From the NCBI GenBank assembly GCA_963778655.1, contig CAVZVA010000009.1, forward strand, positions 1,056,001 through 1,120,000: DNA of 64,000 bases, given 5' to 3'. The stretch is from an uncultured delta proteobacterium (GTDB lineage: Bacteria; Myxococcota_A; Polyangia; Polyangiales; JAFGIB01). The position numbers and the translations under genes were made by a program. The notes under the pieces were generated by a model that was not told the origin of the DNA, ran no database searches, and saw only the letters and a list, made by a program, of their open reading frames with translations. This document shows positions 9,805 to 19,089 of this stretch, piece after piece (position 1 is the first letter of the stretch; every line of letters begins with the position of its first letter).

Positions 9805-10365
9805 TCAGCGTTTGGCCCCCATGGCGATCCACTGCCGCACCGCGCAGCGCACGTCCTCGGGTAGCTGGGGCATGCCGGCCGGCATCCTGAAGCCCGGGTC
9901 ATTCGACTCCAGCCGCTGCTCGAGCACGCTGCATTCGGGCTTGCCGGCGACGACCCGTGCCCGGCCGTCCACCTTGCCGAGCAAGTAGTCGTAGCCTTGC
10001 GCGTTGTCGGAGAGCACCAGCCCGTCCTGGGCGCCGTCGGGTCCGTGGCAAGAGACACCGGTCTCGGGGGCGCCGCAGGTTTTGCGCAGTAGGTTGGTGT
10101 AGAGGGCCTGATACGAGGGGTCGAACGCGGGGGTGCAATCCAGCGACAGGGGGGGCTCGAGGCAGTGCTGGTCGCCGGCGTCGCTGGGGCCGGCTTCGAT
10201 CGGTCCGGCGTCCTGCGTTGCGGGGTTCGCTCCGCCACCGCACCCGCCAGCGATCGCCAGCAGCAGCGCGCAGCCAGCTGCGTAGCCATCGATTGCGCGT
10301 GTAGCGCGGCGCGCCGCGTAGCGTGCGGCCTGTGTGACGCCCGGGGGACACGAAAAGTGAGCCAC
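9805..10365 (-). CDS. Lipoprotein with Planctomycete-type cytochrome c-like domain (CX8CH motif); start uncertain
   Basis: Lipobox LAIAGGC, KTCGAPETGVSCH, RVVAGKPECSVLEQRL...RMP...VRQWIAMGA. Confidence 0.6.
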   Translation of the reverse strand: MAHFSCPPGVTQAARYAARRATRAIDGYAAGCALLLAIAGGCGGGANPATQDAGPIEAGPSDAGDQHCLEPPLSLDCTPAFDPSYQALYTNLLRKTCGAPETGVSCHGPDGAQDGLVLSDNAQGYDYLLGKVDGRARVVAGKPECSVLEQRLESNDPGFRMPAGMPQLPEDVRCAVRQWIAMGAKR

Positions 10366-10519
10366 GTCTCTCTTATTCGCGCACTTTCTTAGGAGAGCCG
10401 CGTCCGTTTGACCATCCGATGAGCAGTCTGTATCCCAGGATTCTTTGGGGATGGTACGCACCGCTTCGGCTCGGATAGGACGAGCCCGTGGGTTAGCAGG
10501 GTGAAGGGAGTCGATTCAA

Positions 10520-11625
10520 ATGCAATCGTGGAAGGCGTGGATGCTGGCCGGCGCGCTGGCCTTCGTGGTGGTGGGGTGCGGCAGTAGCAAGAAGGCAACT
10601 CCTTGTCCGAAGGGGACCGCGGTAGGGGCGTCGGTCGCCTGCATGTGCGGGTCGATGACCGGCACGCAGGTGTGCCAGGCGACCATGACCCTGGGCGCTT
10701 GTGATTGCTCGGGCGGCGGTGGTGGCGGAGCCGACGGCGGCTCGGCCGGCACCGGGGGCATGAGCGCGAGCAGCGGGGGCACCACCGGCAGCAGCGGGGG
10801 CACCACCGGCAGCACCGGGGGCGCCAGCGGCAGCACCGGGGGTACCGGCGGCGGCGCCGGCGGCACGGCGGACGAGGACGGCGGCATGACCGCTGCGGAT
10901 TCGGGCACGGGCGGTGGCAGCGGAGGCACGGTCACACCGCTGCCGAGCGACGGCAACCAGCTCTCGGTCTGCACCATGGCCCAGGGCGAGTGCAACCAGG
11001 GCTTTGCCTGCTTCTCGCCAGGGGGCGGCGGCCAGGGCTTCTGCAGCAAGGTCTGCAGCATGGACTCCGATTGCGCGGGGCTGGCGCCCAGCGGCACGAC
11101 CTATACCTGTGGCGCAGCCAGTTTTGGCGGCACGACGCAGGTCTGCCAGATCCCCTGCACCGGCACCGACGACACCAGCTGTCCCACTGACATGGCGTGC
11201 ATGGCGACGGGCTTCACCGGAGGCGGCCAGGGGGGAGGCGGCCAAGGGGGGGCGCGACCGCTACCTATTCGTGCAAGTACACGGCCGGCGCGGGGATGCC
11301 TCCGGGCACCGCCAAGGAGTGGGAGAGCTGCATGGCCAGCACCGAGTGCGCCGACAACATGCTCTGCATCGGCGGTACCCCGGCATACGGCATGAATGCG
11401 GCCCGGCCCGGTCACTGCTCCACCACCTGCATGATGAGCTCGGACTGCACCACCAAGCCCAGCAGCGGCAGCATCGATCCCACCTGCGTGCAGAGCGGTC
11501 CGGGTGGAGGCGGCCAGATGGTGTGCGCGCTCAACTGCGCGATGATGACGATGGGCTGTCCGACAGGGATGAGCTGCGTCGCCGCGTTCGGCGGCAACGC
11601 GTCCTACTGCCAGATCAACAACTAG
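10520..11625 (+). CDS. Cys-rich, Met/Gly-rich surface lipoprotein (frameshift in G7 run at 11246-11252)
   Basis: Lipobox VVVGC, Gly/Ser/Thr linker, repeated C..D.DC modules. The Cys-rich sequence continues in another frame after the G-run (ATATYSCKY...YCQINN). Confidence 0.75.
10770..10830 (+). repeat. Intragenic tandem repeat encoding SSGGTTG-type linker units
   Basis: gcagcgggggcaccaccggca occurs twice in tandem, followed by degenerate copies. Confidence 0.6.
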
Positions 11626-11769
11626 GACGGTTCTCGGGCAGGGCCTGCCGGCCTTACGGCGTGATGCCGCGGGGCCGGCTCGCCAGCGCGCTCGAACGGG
11701 CTCTCGAATGCTTCTGACATGGGCGCTATAAATGCTGTCGTTATAATGAGTTGACAGACAAATCTCGAC

Positions 11770-12360
11770 TCATTCTGGGCCGTGTTGGGGGCCCGACAGG
11801 GGGCCCCACATCTCCCAGAGCGGAACCGCGGCCATCACCAACATGCTCGCGGCAAGCAGCAGCCCGCTCACGCCGTAGAGCAGCGCCGCGCCGCCGGCTC
11901 CGCTGCGCACGACCCAGGGCGCGGCGATGTGGCCCGCGGTGCCGAGTGTGCCGAGCGTGATCCAGGCGAGCTTTGCGCGCTCGCTGCTGCGCGAGAGCAT
12001 GAACAGGTGCGACAGTATCAATAGATATACCGGCATGGAGAAGAGGTGGAAGTGGGTAACCTCGAGCAGCTTGCGCAGCGGCATCGGCTCCGCGGCCGGC
12101 TGCGCGTCGGCCTCGGGGGGCAGCTCGAGCACGGGGCCGCCGCCGGCGGGCGGGGTGGCCGCGGCGGCCGGCCCGGGGCGAGCCGCGGTGCCCGCGTAGT
12201 AGCTGTCCAGGCGCTTCAGGTCGAGCCCCACCATCGCCTGCCCCAGCCATGCGGTGAGGGCCAGCGCGAGCAGCGTGAAGGCGAGGAACACGGAGTAGAC
12301 GACGCGCGCGGCCAGCGGCAGGTTGCGCAGGCGACCGCGCGGACGCGTGAAGTCCTTCAT
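11770..12360 (-). CDS. Integral membrane protein (about 4 TM) with His motifs, co-oriented with the FMN-binding gene
   Basis: Hydrophobic helices and the motifs LLEVTHFHLFSMP, LSHLF, GHIA. Starts 5 nt after the FMN-binding gene stop. Confidence 0.7.
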   Translation of the reverse strand: MKDFTRPRGRLRNLPLAARVVYSVFLAFTLLALALTAWLGQAMVGLDLKRLDSYYAGTAARPGPAAAATPPAGGGPVLELPPEADAQPAAEPMPLRKLLEVTHFHLFSMPVYLLILSHLFMLSRSSERAKLAWITLGTLGTAGHIAAPWVVRSGAGGAALLYGVSGLLLAASMLVMAAVPLWEMWGPLSGPQHGPE

Positions 12361-12365
12361 CGGGC

Positions 12366-12953
12366 TCAGCGCGCTGCGAGCACCGCAGGGCTCTTGAGCA
12401 CCGCCTCGTCGAGCAGCACGGCGGCGCGCTTGACGCCAACACACATCGATCGCGAGGAGATGCTCGCGCCGCTGACCGCGTCGATGTCCCGTTCCGCGGC
12501 AAAGCCGCTACGCGCGTTGCGCCCCACGAACTGGCGCCTGAACCGCTCGGCGCGAATCCCGTCGCCGTAGGGCTCGCGATAGGCGAGGATCTCCACCCGC
12601 GTCACGCGGCCCTGGGGATCGAAGAAGGTACCGAAGCTGATTAGCTCGTGCTGGCCCCGCTCTTCGTCGAACAGCGCATAGCCGTCCACGTGCCCGCCGC
12701 TGGTGGCGACGTAGAACGTGTACTCGGGCTTCTGCAGGCGGCGACCCAGGCGCCGCTCGATGCGCGCGCGTGCTTCGGCGCCGGGGCGGACCTGCAGATA
12801 GGTCACGCGCGCCGACGCGTGGAACTGGTCCGCAAGCAACTGGCGGACGGTGAAGAACTGCTCGGCGTGCGCGGAGCCGGGGACTGCCCAGGCCAGGGCG
12901 AGCACCCCCCAAGCGAGCAAGACGGTTCGGTTACTGATAATGCTTTTCAACAT
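12366..12953 (-). CDS. Extracytoplasmic FMN-binding domain protein (RnfG/NqrC-like flavinylation substrate)
   Basis: Signal peptide ends SAHA. VEILAYREPYG, FRRQFVG, DIDAVSGASISS flavinylation motif. Confidence 0.85.
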   Translation of the reverse strand: MLKSIISNRTVLLAWGVLALAWAVPGSAHAEQFFTVRQLLADQFHASARVTYLQVRPGAEARARIERRLGRRLQKPEYTFYVATSGGHVDGYALFDEERGQHELISFGTFFDPQGRVTRVEILAYREPYGDGIRAERFRRQFVGRNARSGFAAERDIDAVSGASISSRSMCVGVKRAAVLLDEAVLKSPAVLAAR

Positions 12954-13066
12954 CGTTTGAGGCCCTGAAGTTGTATCCACGGGAGGCGGAAGATCAAGGC
13001 CGAAACCGACTCTCGGAAGGACAATTCTGGCCGGATTTTCCGGCCAGGTAGGGGTTCTCAGATCCT

Positions 13067-13085
13067 GAAAATGATAGTCGATTTC
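13067..13085. promoter_or_regulatory. Putative Fur-family operator between the divergent FMN-binding gene and hemD
   Basis: GAAAATGATAGTCGATTTC matches 14/19 of GATAATGATAATCATTATC, with inverted TGAAA...TTTCA arms. It is an AT-rich island in GC-rich DNA. Confidence 0.55.
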
Positions 13086-13179
13086 AAAAAAAGCGGCAAC
13101 GGCGGCCGTCTTCGCATCGCGCGCCCCGCCATCAGAGGTCAAGCTCCTGCGGCGCCGCCGGGCGCCCGGGTGAGCTGGC

Positions 13180-14019
13180 ATGAGCATTCGAATCGCGCTG
13201 CGGACGGTGAGCCTCGAGAGCCGCCGCAGCCAGGAGATGGCGCGCCTGCTGGAACGCCACGGCATGTCGGTGCTGTCGGCACCTTCGATGCGCGAGGTGC
13301 CGCTCGGCGACCAGGCCCAGGCCTTCGCGTTCGGGGTCGCGCTCGAGCGTGGCGAGTGCGACCTGCTGGTGCTGTTGACAGGGGTCGGGGTGCGCGCGCT
13401 GCTCGCAGCGCTGCGCACGCGCTGGCCCGAGGCCGAGCTACTTGCCGCGCTCGGCCGCCTGACCCTGGTCTGCCGCGGGCCCAAGCCCGCGGCCGCGCTC
13501 AAGGAGCTGGGGCTCAAGCCGAGCCTGGTCGCCTCCGAGCCCAACACCTGGCACGAGCTGGAGCGGGTCATGCAAGGCCTGGAGCTGGCGAGCAAGCGGG
13601 TGTGGGTCCAGGAGTACGGTCGGCCCAACCCCGCGCTGCTCGCGGCGCTGCGTGCGCGCGGCGCCCTGGTCCACAGCGCGGCGGTCTACGCCTGGCAGCT
13701 ACCGGAAGACCTTGCGCCCTTGCGCCGCGCGATCGCCGCCCTGTGCGACGAGGGCGCGGACGCGGTGCTGTTCACCAGCGCGCACCAAATCGAGCACCTG
13801 CTGCAGGTGGCCGAGCAGCAGGGGCAGCGCGAGGCGCTGCTGTCCGCGCTGAGCCGGCGCGTGCTGGTCGCCTCGATCGGTCCGGTCACCAGCGAGGCCC
13901 TGCGCGAACGCGGCGTGCCCGCCGACCTCGAGCCCGAGCACCCGAAGATGGGTCATCTGATCAAGGCGTTGGCGCGCGACGGCCTGCGCCTGCTCGAGCG
14001 CAAGCGCGACTCGTGCTGA
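13180..14019 (+). CDS. hemD: Uroporphyrinogen-III synthase
   Basis: LESRRSQEM, LTGVG, CRGPKP, VQEYG, VYAWQLP, VLFTSAHQI, VASIGPVTSEAL, PEHPKMG. Confidence 0.85.
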   Translation: MSIRIALRTVSLESRRSQEMARLLERHGMSVLSAPSMREVPLGDQAQAFAFGVALERGECDLLVLLTGVGVRALLAALRTRWPEAELLAALGRLTLVCRGPKPAAALKELGLKPSLVASEPNTWHELERVMQGLELASKRVWVQEYGRPNPALLAALRARGALVHSAAVYAWQLPEDLAPLRRAIAALCDEGADAVLFTSAHQIEHLLQVAEQQGQREALLSALSRRVLVASIGPVTSEALRERGVPADLEPEHPKMGHLIKALARDGLRLLERKRDSC

Positions 14020-14074
14020 GCCAACTTGCCGGTGCCGGGTGTGCGCCCGCCATCGCTGCCGGGTGCGGCCGGGC

Positions 14075-16423
14075 TCAAGCTGCGGCCTGCGGCCTGCGCA
14101 ACGCCAGCACGGTCGGCAGCGCGAGCAGCAGCGCTGCGACGGCTGAAAGCGCGTTGTAGTCGGCCAGCAGCGGCAGCGCCGCGGCGGCCGGCACCGCCGC
14201 GGCGGCTCCCAGCGTGATGGCGGCCAGCCCAGCGGTGGCGCGCCGGGCGCTCGGCTCCGGGGCCTCGCCCGCGACCAGCGCGCGCGCCGATTGGGCCAGC
14301 GTGAACCCGAGCGCGGCCGCGGCCGGCGCGCCCGCCACGACCCACAGCAGGGCGCCGCGGGCCGAGAGCACGGCCAGCACCGGCGCCAGCCCGGTGGTGA
14401 GCAAGGCGAGCACCACCAGGGCCATGGCTGCGTCCGCGAGCGTGCGCCTGGCGGCGGCCTGCGCCGCGGGGCGTCGCCGGGCCAGCGCAAAGGCCGCGCC
14501 GCCGAGCATTCCGAGGGCCGCCAGCACGAAGCCCCGCGCCGAAACGGCGGCGAAGATCGCGAGCAGGTGGCTCAGCAAGGCGAAGCCCAGCGTGAGGGCA
14601 GCGCCCGAGCACGCCAGCGATAGCAGCTCGCGCAGCCCCGGGCCCACGGCCGAGGCCCGGACCCGCAGCCCCAGCAACAAGAGCAAGCCAAGCGCCGCGA
14701 TCGACCACAGCCCGGCCAGGCGCGGCAGAGCGGCACAGGCGGATTGCGCGCCGTAGGTGTCGGAGCGCGCGCAGCGCGTCAGCTCGAAGAACAGCGGCCG
14801 GTCGTCGCTGGCGACGCTGATGTCGAATACGTAGCCCTTCTGCATCGGCGGCACGCCCGGCCGGCTCGCGCGCGCGAACAGCTCGCCGAAGCGGTTCTGA
14901 AAGCCCGCGCCGGGCGTGTAGCGCAGCGCGGGAGAATCGAGCGGCCACTCGAACAGATCGAGCAGCAGCGGGTCGGTCTGCACGCTGCGGCGCTCCCGGT
15001 TGCGCTCGTGCAGCGCGAGCACTTCGTCGAGCTCGAGCGGCTTGCGCTTGATCAGCAGGGCGTAGGCGTTGCCGCTCTGGTGCACGACGATGTGGTTGTC
15101 GGGCTTGGGTTGGTCGAGCAAGCGCAACGCGGAGAAGGCCGTGCTGGCGAAGCGCAGCGCGGCCGGCTCCCCCTGCACGATGGCCGAGAGCACTCCGTCG
15201 GGTGCGAGCGCGCCGATCAGGTCGGCGAGCGCGGCGTCGGTCGGGAGCAGGGCTTCGGGCACAGGCAGCACGCCGGCCGAGAGCCGGTGCTTGTGGCCAC
15301 GGGCCGCGATCAGCACCAGGTCGTAGCCGTGCGTGCGGCGCGCCAAGCTGCGCGCGGAGGCGGCGTGGATCTGCACCCGTGGATCCGTGGCCGCGCCGTG
15401 CAGCAGGCGATCGAGCTCGCCACCGATCGCGGCGCGCAACGCTGCGCTGGGCTCTGCCACGTCGACGTGTTGGGCGCCGCGGCGCAGCGCGCACTGCAGC
15501 TCGAGCCCCCCGCCGAAGCCCGCGAGCAGCACTCGCGGCCGGGGCCGCGCGTACGGCTCGCTCAGCAGCGTGCCCTCGCACAGCGCCTGCAGCGCATCCT
15601 CGGTCGAGTTCCCGTTGCCGCGCACGACACCCGAGAGCGGCGCGGAGTCGCGCGCCAGCAACCCGAGCCGGCCGGCGCCGGCAGGCTTGCCCGCCAGCGT
15701 GAAGACTTGGAGGTGACCATAACCATCCCAGCGGCTCGACTGAGGGATCAGACGGACTCCGCTCTGGCTGAGGTGCGCGCGCAGCGCGGCGAGCCGCCCC
15801 AGCGGCGGCCCTTGCTCGGGCAGCGGCAGCGCCTGATGCGCGTCCAGCGCCGCCAGCAGCGCCGCCAGAAACGCGACGCCGCTCAGGCTCCAGACCGGAT
15901 CGCGGCGCTCGACGTGGGGCGCGCGCGCGCACAGCAGCGCCGCCAGCGCGGCGACCAGGCAGGCCTGCGCGAGCAGGGGCGCGGCGCCCAGCAGCTCGAG
16001 CGCGGGTAGGGCGAGCGCCGCACCGGCTGCCGCGCCCGCGAGCGCGGGCCAGATCGGCCCGGCCGCGGCCAGCGCGTAGCCGCCGACGCACAGCGGCAAC
16101 GCGAGCAGCAGGCCCGCGCCGCCGCTGGCGCCGAACACCGGCGTCAACCCGTGCGCCAGGCGCACCCAGGTCGCGCTCGCGCCGAGCAGCAGCAGCGCGT
16201 ACAGCGTCGTGGACCAGGCCAGCCTGCGCCGGGCAGCGCGCGGCTCTCGCGGCGGCGGCCGCAACGCCGCCAGCAGCGGTCCGAGCGCGAACCCGAGCGC
16301 GGCCACGGCGGCGCTCTGTTGCAGCTGCACGTCGTCGAGCGCCTGGGCGAGCACACGGCTGAACGCGCAGCTCCACGCCGAAAGCGACACGCCCAGCAGC
16401 AGCCGCGTCTCGCGCCCGCTCAT
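14075..16423 (-). CDS. Membrane-fused spermidine-synthase-like / class I SAM-binding protein (degenerate paralog)
   Basis: N- and C-terminal TM bundles. VLLAGFGGGLEL, VAEPS, YDLVL, LAPDGVL, SDDRPLFF. Confidence 0.65.
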   Translation of the reverse strand: MSGRETRLLLGVSLSAWSCAFSRVLAQALDDVQLQQSAAVAALGFALGPLLAALRPPPREPRAARRRLAWSTTLYALLLLGASATWVRLAHGLTPVFGASGGAGLLLALPLCVGGYALAAAGPIWPALAGAAAGAALALPALELLGAAPLLAQACLVAALAALLCARAPHVERRDPVWSLSGVAFLAALLAALDAHQALPLPEQGPPLGRLAALRAHLSQSGVRLIPQSSRWDGYGHLQVFTLAGKPAGAGRLGLLARDSAPLSGVVRGNGNSTEDALQALCEGTLLSEPYARPRPRVLLAGFGGGLELQCALRRGAQHVDVAEPSAALRAAIGGELDRLLHGAATDPRVQIHAASARSLARRTHGYDLVLIAARGHKHRLSAGVLPVPEALLPTDAALADLIGALAPDGVLSAIVQGEPAALRFASTAFSALRLLDQPKPDNHIVVHQSGNAYALLIKRKPLELDEVLALHERNRERRSVQTDPLLLDLFEWPLDSPALRYTPGAGFQNRFGELFARASRPGVPPMQKGYVFDISVASDDRPLFFELTRCARSDTYGAQSACAALPRLAGLWSIAALGLLLLLGLRVRASAVGPGLRELLSLACSGAALTLGFALLSHLLAIFAAVSARGFVLAALGMLGGAAFALARRRPAAQAAARRTLADAAMALVVLALLTTGLAPVLAVLSARGALLWVVAGAPAAAALGFTLAQSARALVAGEAPEPSARRATAGLAAITLGAAAAVPAAAALPLLADYNALSAVAALLLALPTVLALRRPQAAA

Positions 16424-16434
16424 GGCGCTTGGTA

Positions 16435-18933
16435 TCAGGAACTGCCTACGCGCGACAACCGCCACGTCATCAGCGGCAGCAGCAGGTAGCAGCCCGCGCC
16501 GATCAGCAGCGTGGTCGGAATGCCCCACACCATCGACGTGCCCAGGGCCAGCCCGCTGGCGCACACGCCGAACGCGCCGTTGATACCCCACAGCCAGGGA
16601 CCGAGGCGCGTCTGGGGGTGCACGCCCGCGGTTGTCAGCTCCATGCGCTCCGTCAGCCGCAGACCGAGCGGGAAGCACAGCCCCAGCCCCAGCGCCGGAG
16701 GGATCAGCAGCGCCACGCTGGCCGCGATGCGGATCGGGGTCGGAGCCGCCTGGAACGCGTGCATCATCGGCAGCAGCGCGAGCGCCGCGAGCAGCACCAT
16801 CGCGGCGGGGATCAGCGGATAGAGGCGCGCCCAGCCCAGCCGGCTGACGTCGATCCGGGCGCTCAACATGCTGCCCAGGCCGGTGAAGAAGATCAGGCCG
16901 CCGAGCAGCACCGCGAGCGCCAGCGTGGGATGGCCGAGAAAAACGTTCAACGGCGAGAGCAGGCCCATCTCCACGAACATGAAGCCCAGCCCGATCAGCG
17001 CGAAGTAGCCGAGCGCCGCCAGCACGTCGCCGCGGCGGAAGGCGCGCAGCTCCCGCACCCGGCTCGCCATCGGAAGCGCCAGCGTCAGCAGCGACAGCAG
17101 CAAGCTGACCAGGGTGGCGTAGAGCAGCGTCTGGGTGGCCTGCAGGTTGCCGAGGAAGCTCAGGTCGAGCTGATTGACGCTGGCACGATTCCTGAGCCAG
17201 GCGCCCGGCTTGAGCATGTTGAAGAAGAAGGGCCGCGCATCGGTGGGCGGGACGAAGTCGAGCTCCTGCTGCGAGGCCCAGCGGTGCAGCGCCTCTCGGG
17301 TCGGCTGGGTGGCGATCTTCTTCAGCAGGGGATGGAAGGGCAGCTGGCGCGACGTCAGCAGTACGTTGAAGCCCTTCTCCACAGCCAGCCGCTGCACGCG
17401 ATCGAGGTCGGTGTTCGAGAAGGGGGTGGGGCTGAGCAGCAGCGTGGCGACCAGGTCGTTCTGCAGCAGGATGATGTGCGTGCGGGGGTTCTTGGCGCCG
17501 AGCGACCAGGCCGTGTCCATCGCCAGCGCGAGCATGCGGCCGGTCTCGCCGGGGGAGTCGACAAAGTACCAGCGCGAGACGCTGAGAACGCCGTTCGGGT
17601 TGAGCCGGGCCAGGAAGGTGCGCCAGGCTTCCAGCGTGTACAGCCCGTTTTCGGACAAGCTGTAGGCCCCGGTGCCGGTCGAGGCCCAGGTGTCGATCAA
17701 CGACATGGTGATGACGTCGTAGCGCTGGCGATCGCGCGCCAAGAAGCTTCGCGCCTCGTCCGACACCAGGCGCACGCCGGGCAGGCTCGCCAGCCCCGAG
17801 AAGTCGCGCATGTACTTCCGGTGCAGGCGCACGATCAGGTCGTTGAGCTCGATGCCGACTACGGGCCGGTGTCCGACGCGCACGGCTTCGAGCACGTCGC
17901 GGCCGCCGCCCACCCCGATCACCGCAGCCGGACCGTTGGGCCTGATGTAGTGCGCCGCGGCGGTGATGTCCCAGTCGAGGTAGGCGTGGCTCTGCGGCGA
18001 TTTGCCGAGCCGCGCCATGGCCGTGCCCGCGGCGCCATCGATCTTGATGAAACGCTGCTCGATCGGCGCCATCACCGCGGCCGGTGTGTTTCGGCCCTTG
18101 GCCCAGAACCAGGGCGGCGCCGTCACCCCGAAGTCGACGGTCACGCGCGAGTAGGTGTTCCAGCGCATGAACATGTACGCCGCCGGGTTCTCAGGCGCGC
18201 CCTTGACCCATGCTGGCCGCAGCCTGGGCAGCGGCGCGAAGGCGTTGGCGAGGCTGAGCCCGGTGAGCAGCACCGCGACCACCGGCGCCGCGATCGCGCG
18301 TCGTCCACTCGCGCTCGCGAAGGCCCACCCGCCGGCGGCCGCCAGCGCGCCCGCAAGCACGGAAGCGCTCGGCGCATCGAGCAGCGCGAGCACGGGGATT
18401 ACCAGGATGCAGCCGGTGGCAGCACCCAGCAGATCGACGCCATACGCGAAGCTCGCGGGCAAGCCCGCGCGCGTGAGCGCGAGCGTGAGCGTGATCCCGC
18501 CCAGGGTGAAGGGCGCCGCGAGGATGCAACCGTCCGCGGTCAGCGCCACGAAGCTCATGAAGTCGGTTACCGGCGAGAGCGGCACCACCAGCGCGATCGC
18601 CACGCTGACTGGAATCGCGACCGCGAAGCCGAGGGCGCTCTGGGCCAGGCGCGTTGGGATGTCGGCATCGAGGAACGCGGCCGGCCACAGGAATACGAGC
18701 ACGGCGCCCGCGGTCATGCCCAGCATGCCGAGCGAAATCACGAAGAACGCGAGGTGGTACCAGGCGCTCACGCTGGTGATGCGCGTGAGCAGCACCTCCA
18801 ACATCAGCGTTGCGAGCGCGACCAGGAAGATCCCGAGGTAGGTGCGGGCGCGCCCGCGTATCCTCGGCGCTGCGGCTGCGCCCGCCGGCGAGGTCGATTC
18901 AGATGCGGTCGCTATGGTATCGGCGCGGGCCAT
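16435..18933 (-). CDS. Membrane-fused spermidine-synthase-like / class I SAM-binding protein
   Basis: LMLEVLLTRI, YGVDLLGAA, WNTYSRV, VIGVGGGRDV, IELN, DEARSFL, YDVI, LYTLEA, TDARPFFF, WLWGING. Confidence 0.82.
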   Translation of the reverse strand: MARADTIATASESTSPAGAAAAPRIRGRARTYLGIFLVALATLMLEVLLTRITSVSAWYHLAFFVISLGMLGMTAGAVLVFLWPAAFLDADIPTRLAQSALGFAVAIPVSVAIALVVPLSPVTDFMSFVALTADGCILAAPFTLGGITLTLALTRAGLPASFAYGVDLLGAATGCILVIPVLALLDAPSASVLAGALAAAGGWAFASASGRRAIAAPVVAVLLTGLSLANAFAPLPRLRPAWVKGAPENPAAYMFMRWNTYSRVTVDFGVTAPPWFWAKGRNTPAAVMAPIEQRFIKIDGAAGTAMARLGKSPQSHAYLDWDITAAAHYIRPNGPAAVIGVGGGRDVLEAVRVGHRPVVGIELNDLIVRLHRKYMRDFSGLASLPGVRLVSDEARSFLARDRQRYDVITMSLIDTWASTGTGAYSLSENGLYTLEAWRTFLARLNPNGVLSVSRWYFVDSPGETGRMLALAMDTAWSLGAKNPRTHIILLQNDLVATLLLSPTPFSNTDLDRVQRLAVEKGFNVLLTSRQLPFHPLLKKIATQPTREALHRWASQQELDFVPPTDARPFFFNMLKPGAWLRNRASVNQLDLSFLGNLQATQTLLYATLVSLLLSLLTLALPMASRVRELRAFRRGDVLAALGYFALIGLGFMFVEMGLLSPLNVFLGHPTLALAVLLGGLIFFTGLGSMLSARIDVSRLGWARLYPLIPAAMVLLAALALLPMMHAFQAAPTPIRIAASVALLIPPALGLGLCFPLGLRLTERMELTTAGVHPQTRLGPWLWGINGAFGVCASGLALGTSMVWGIPTTLLIGAGCYLLLPLMTWRLSRVGSS

Positions 18934-19089
18934 CAGCTTCAAAGCGGCGTCGAGCGAAGCGCATCGCGGGCGTGCGCGCAAGAGAAACCGGGCGCGCACG
19001 CGGCGATGGACCGGGTGAAGGCCCTGCGACAAAGGCCGCGCAACCTCTGGCTGCGCGGCCTGATCGGAGCCGTTCCGTGCGGCAAAGAC

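Noticed and set aside
11721..11750. dif (XerCD) site
   Set aside because: The left arm resembles ...ATAA, but the conserved XerD arm TTATGTTAAAT is missing after a 6-bp spacer.
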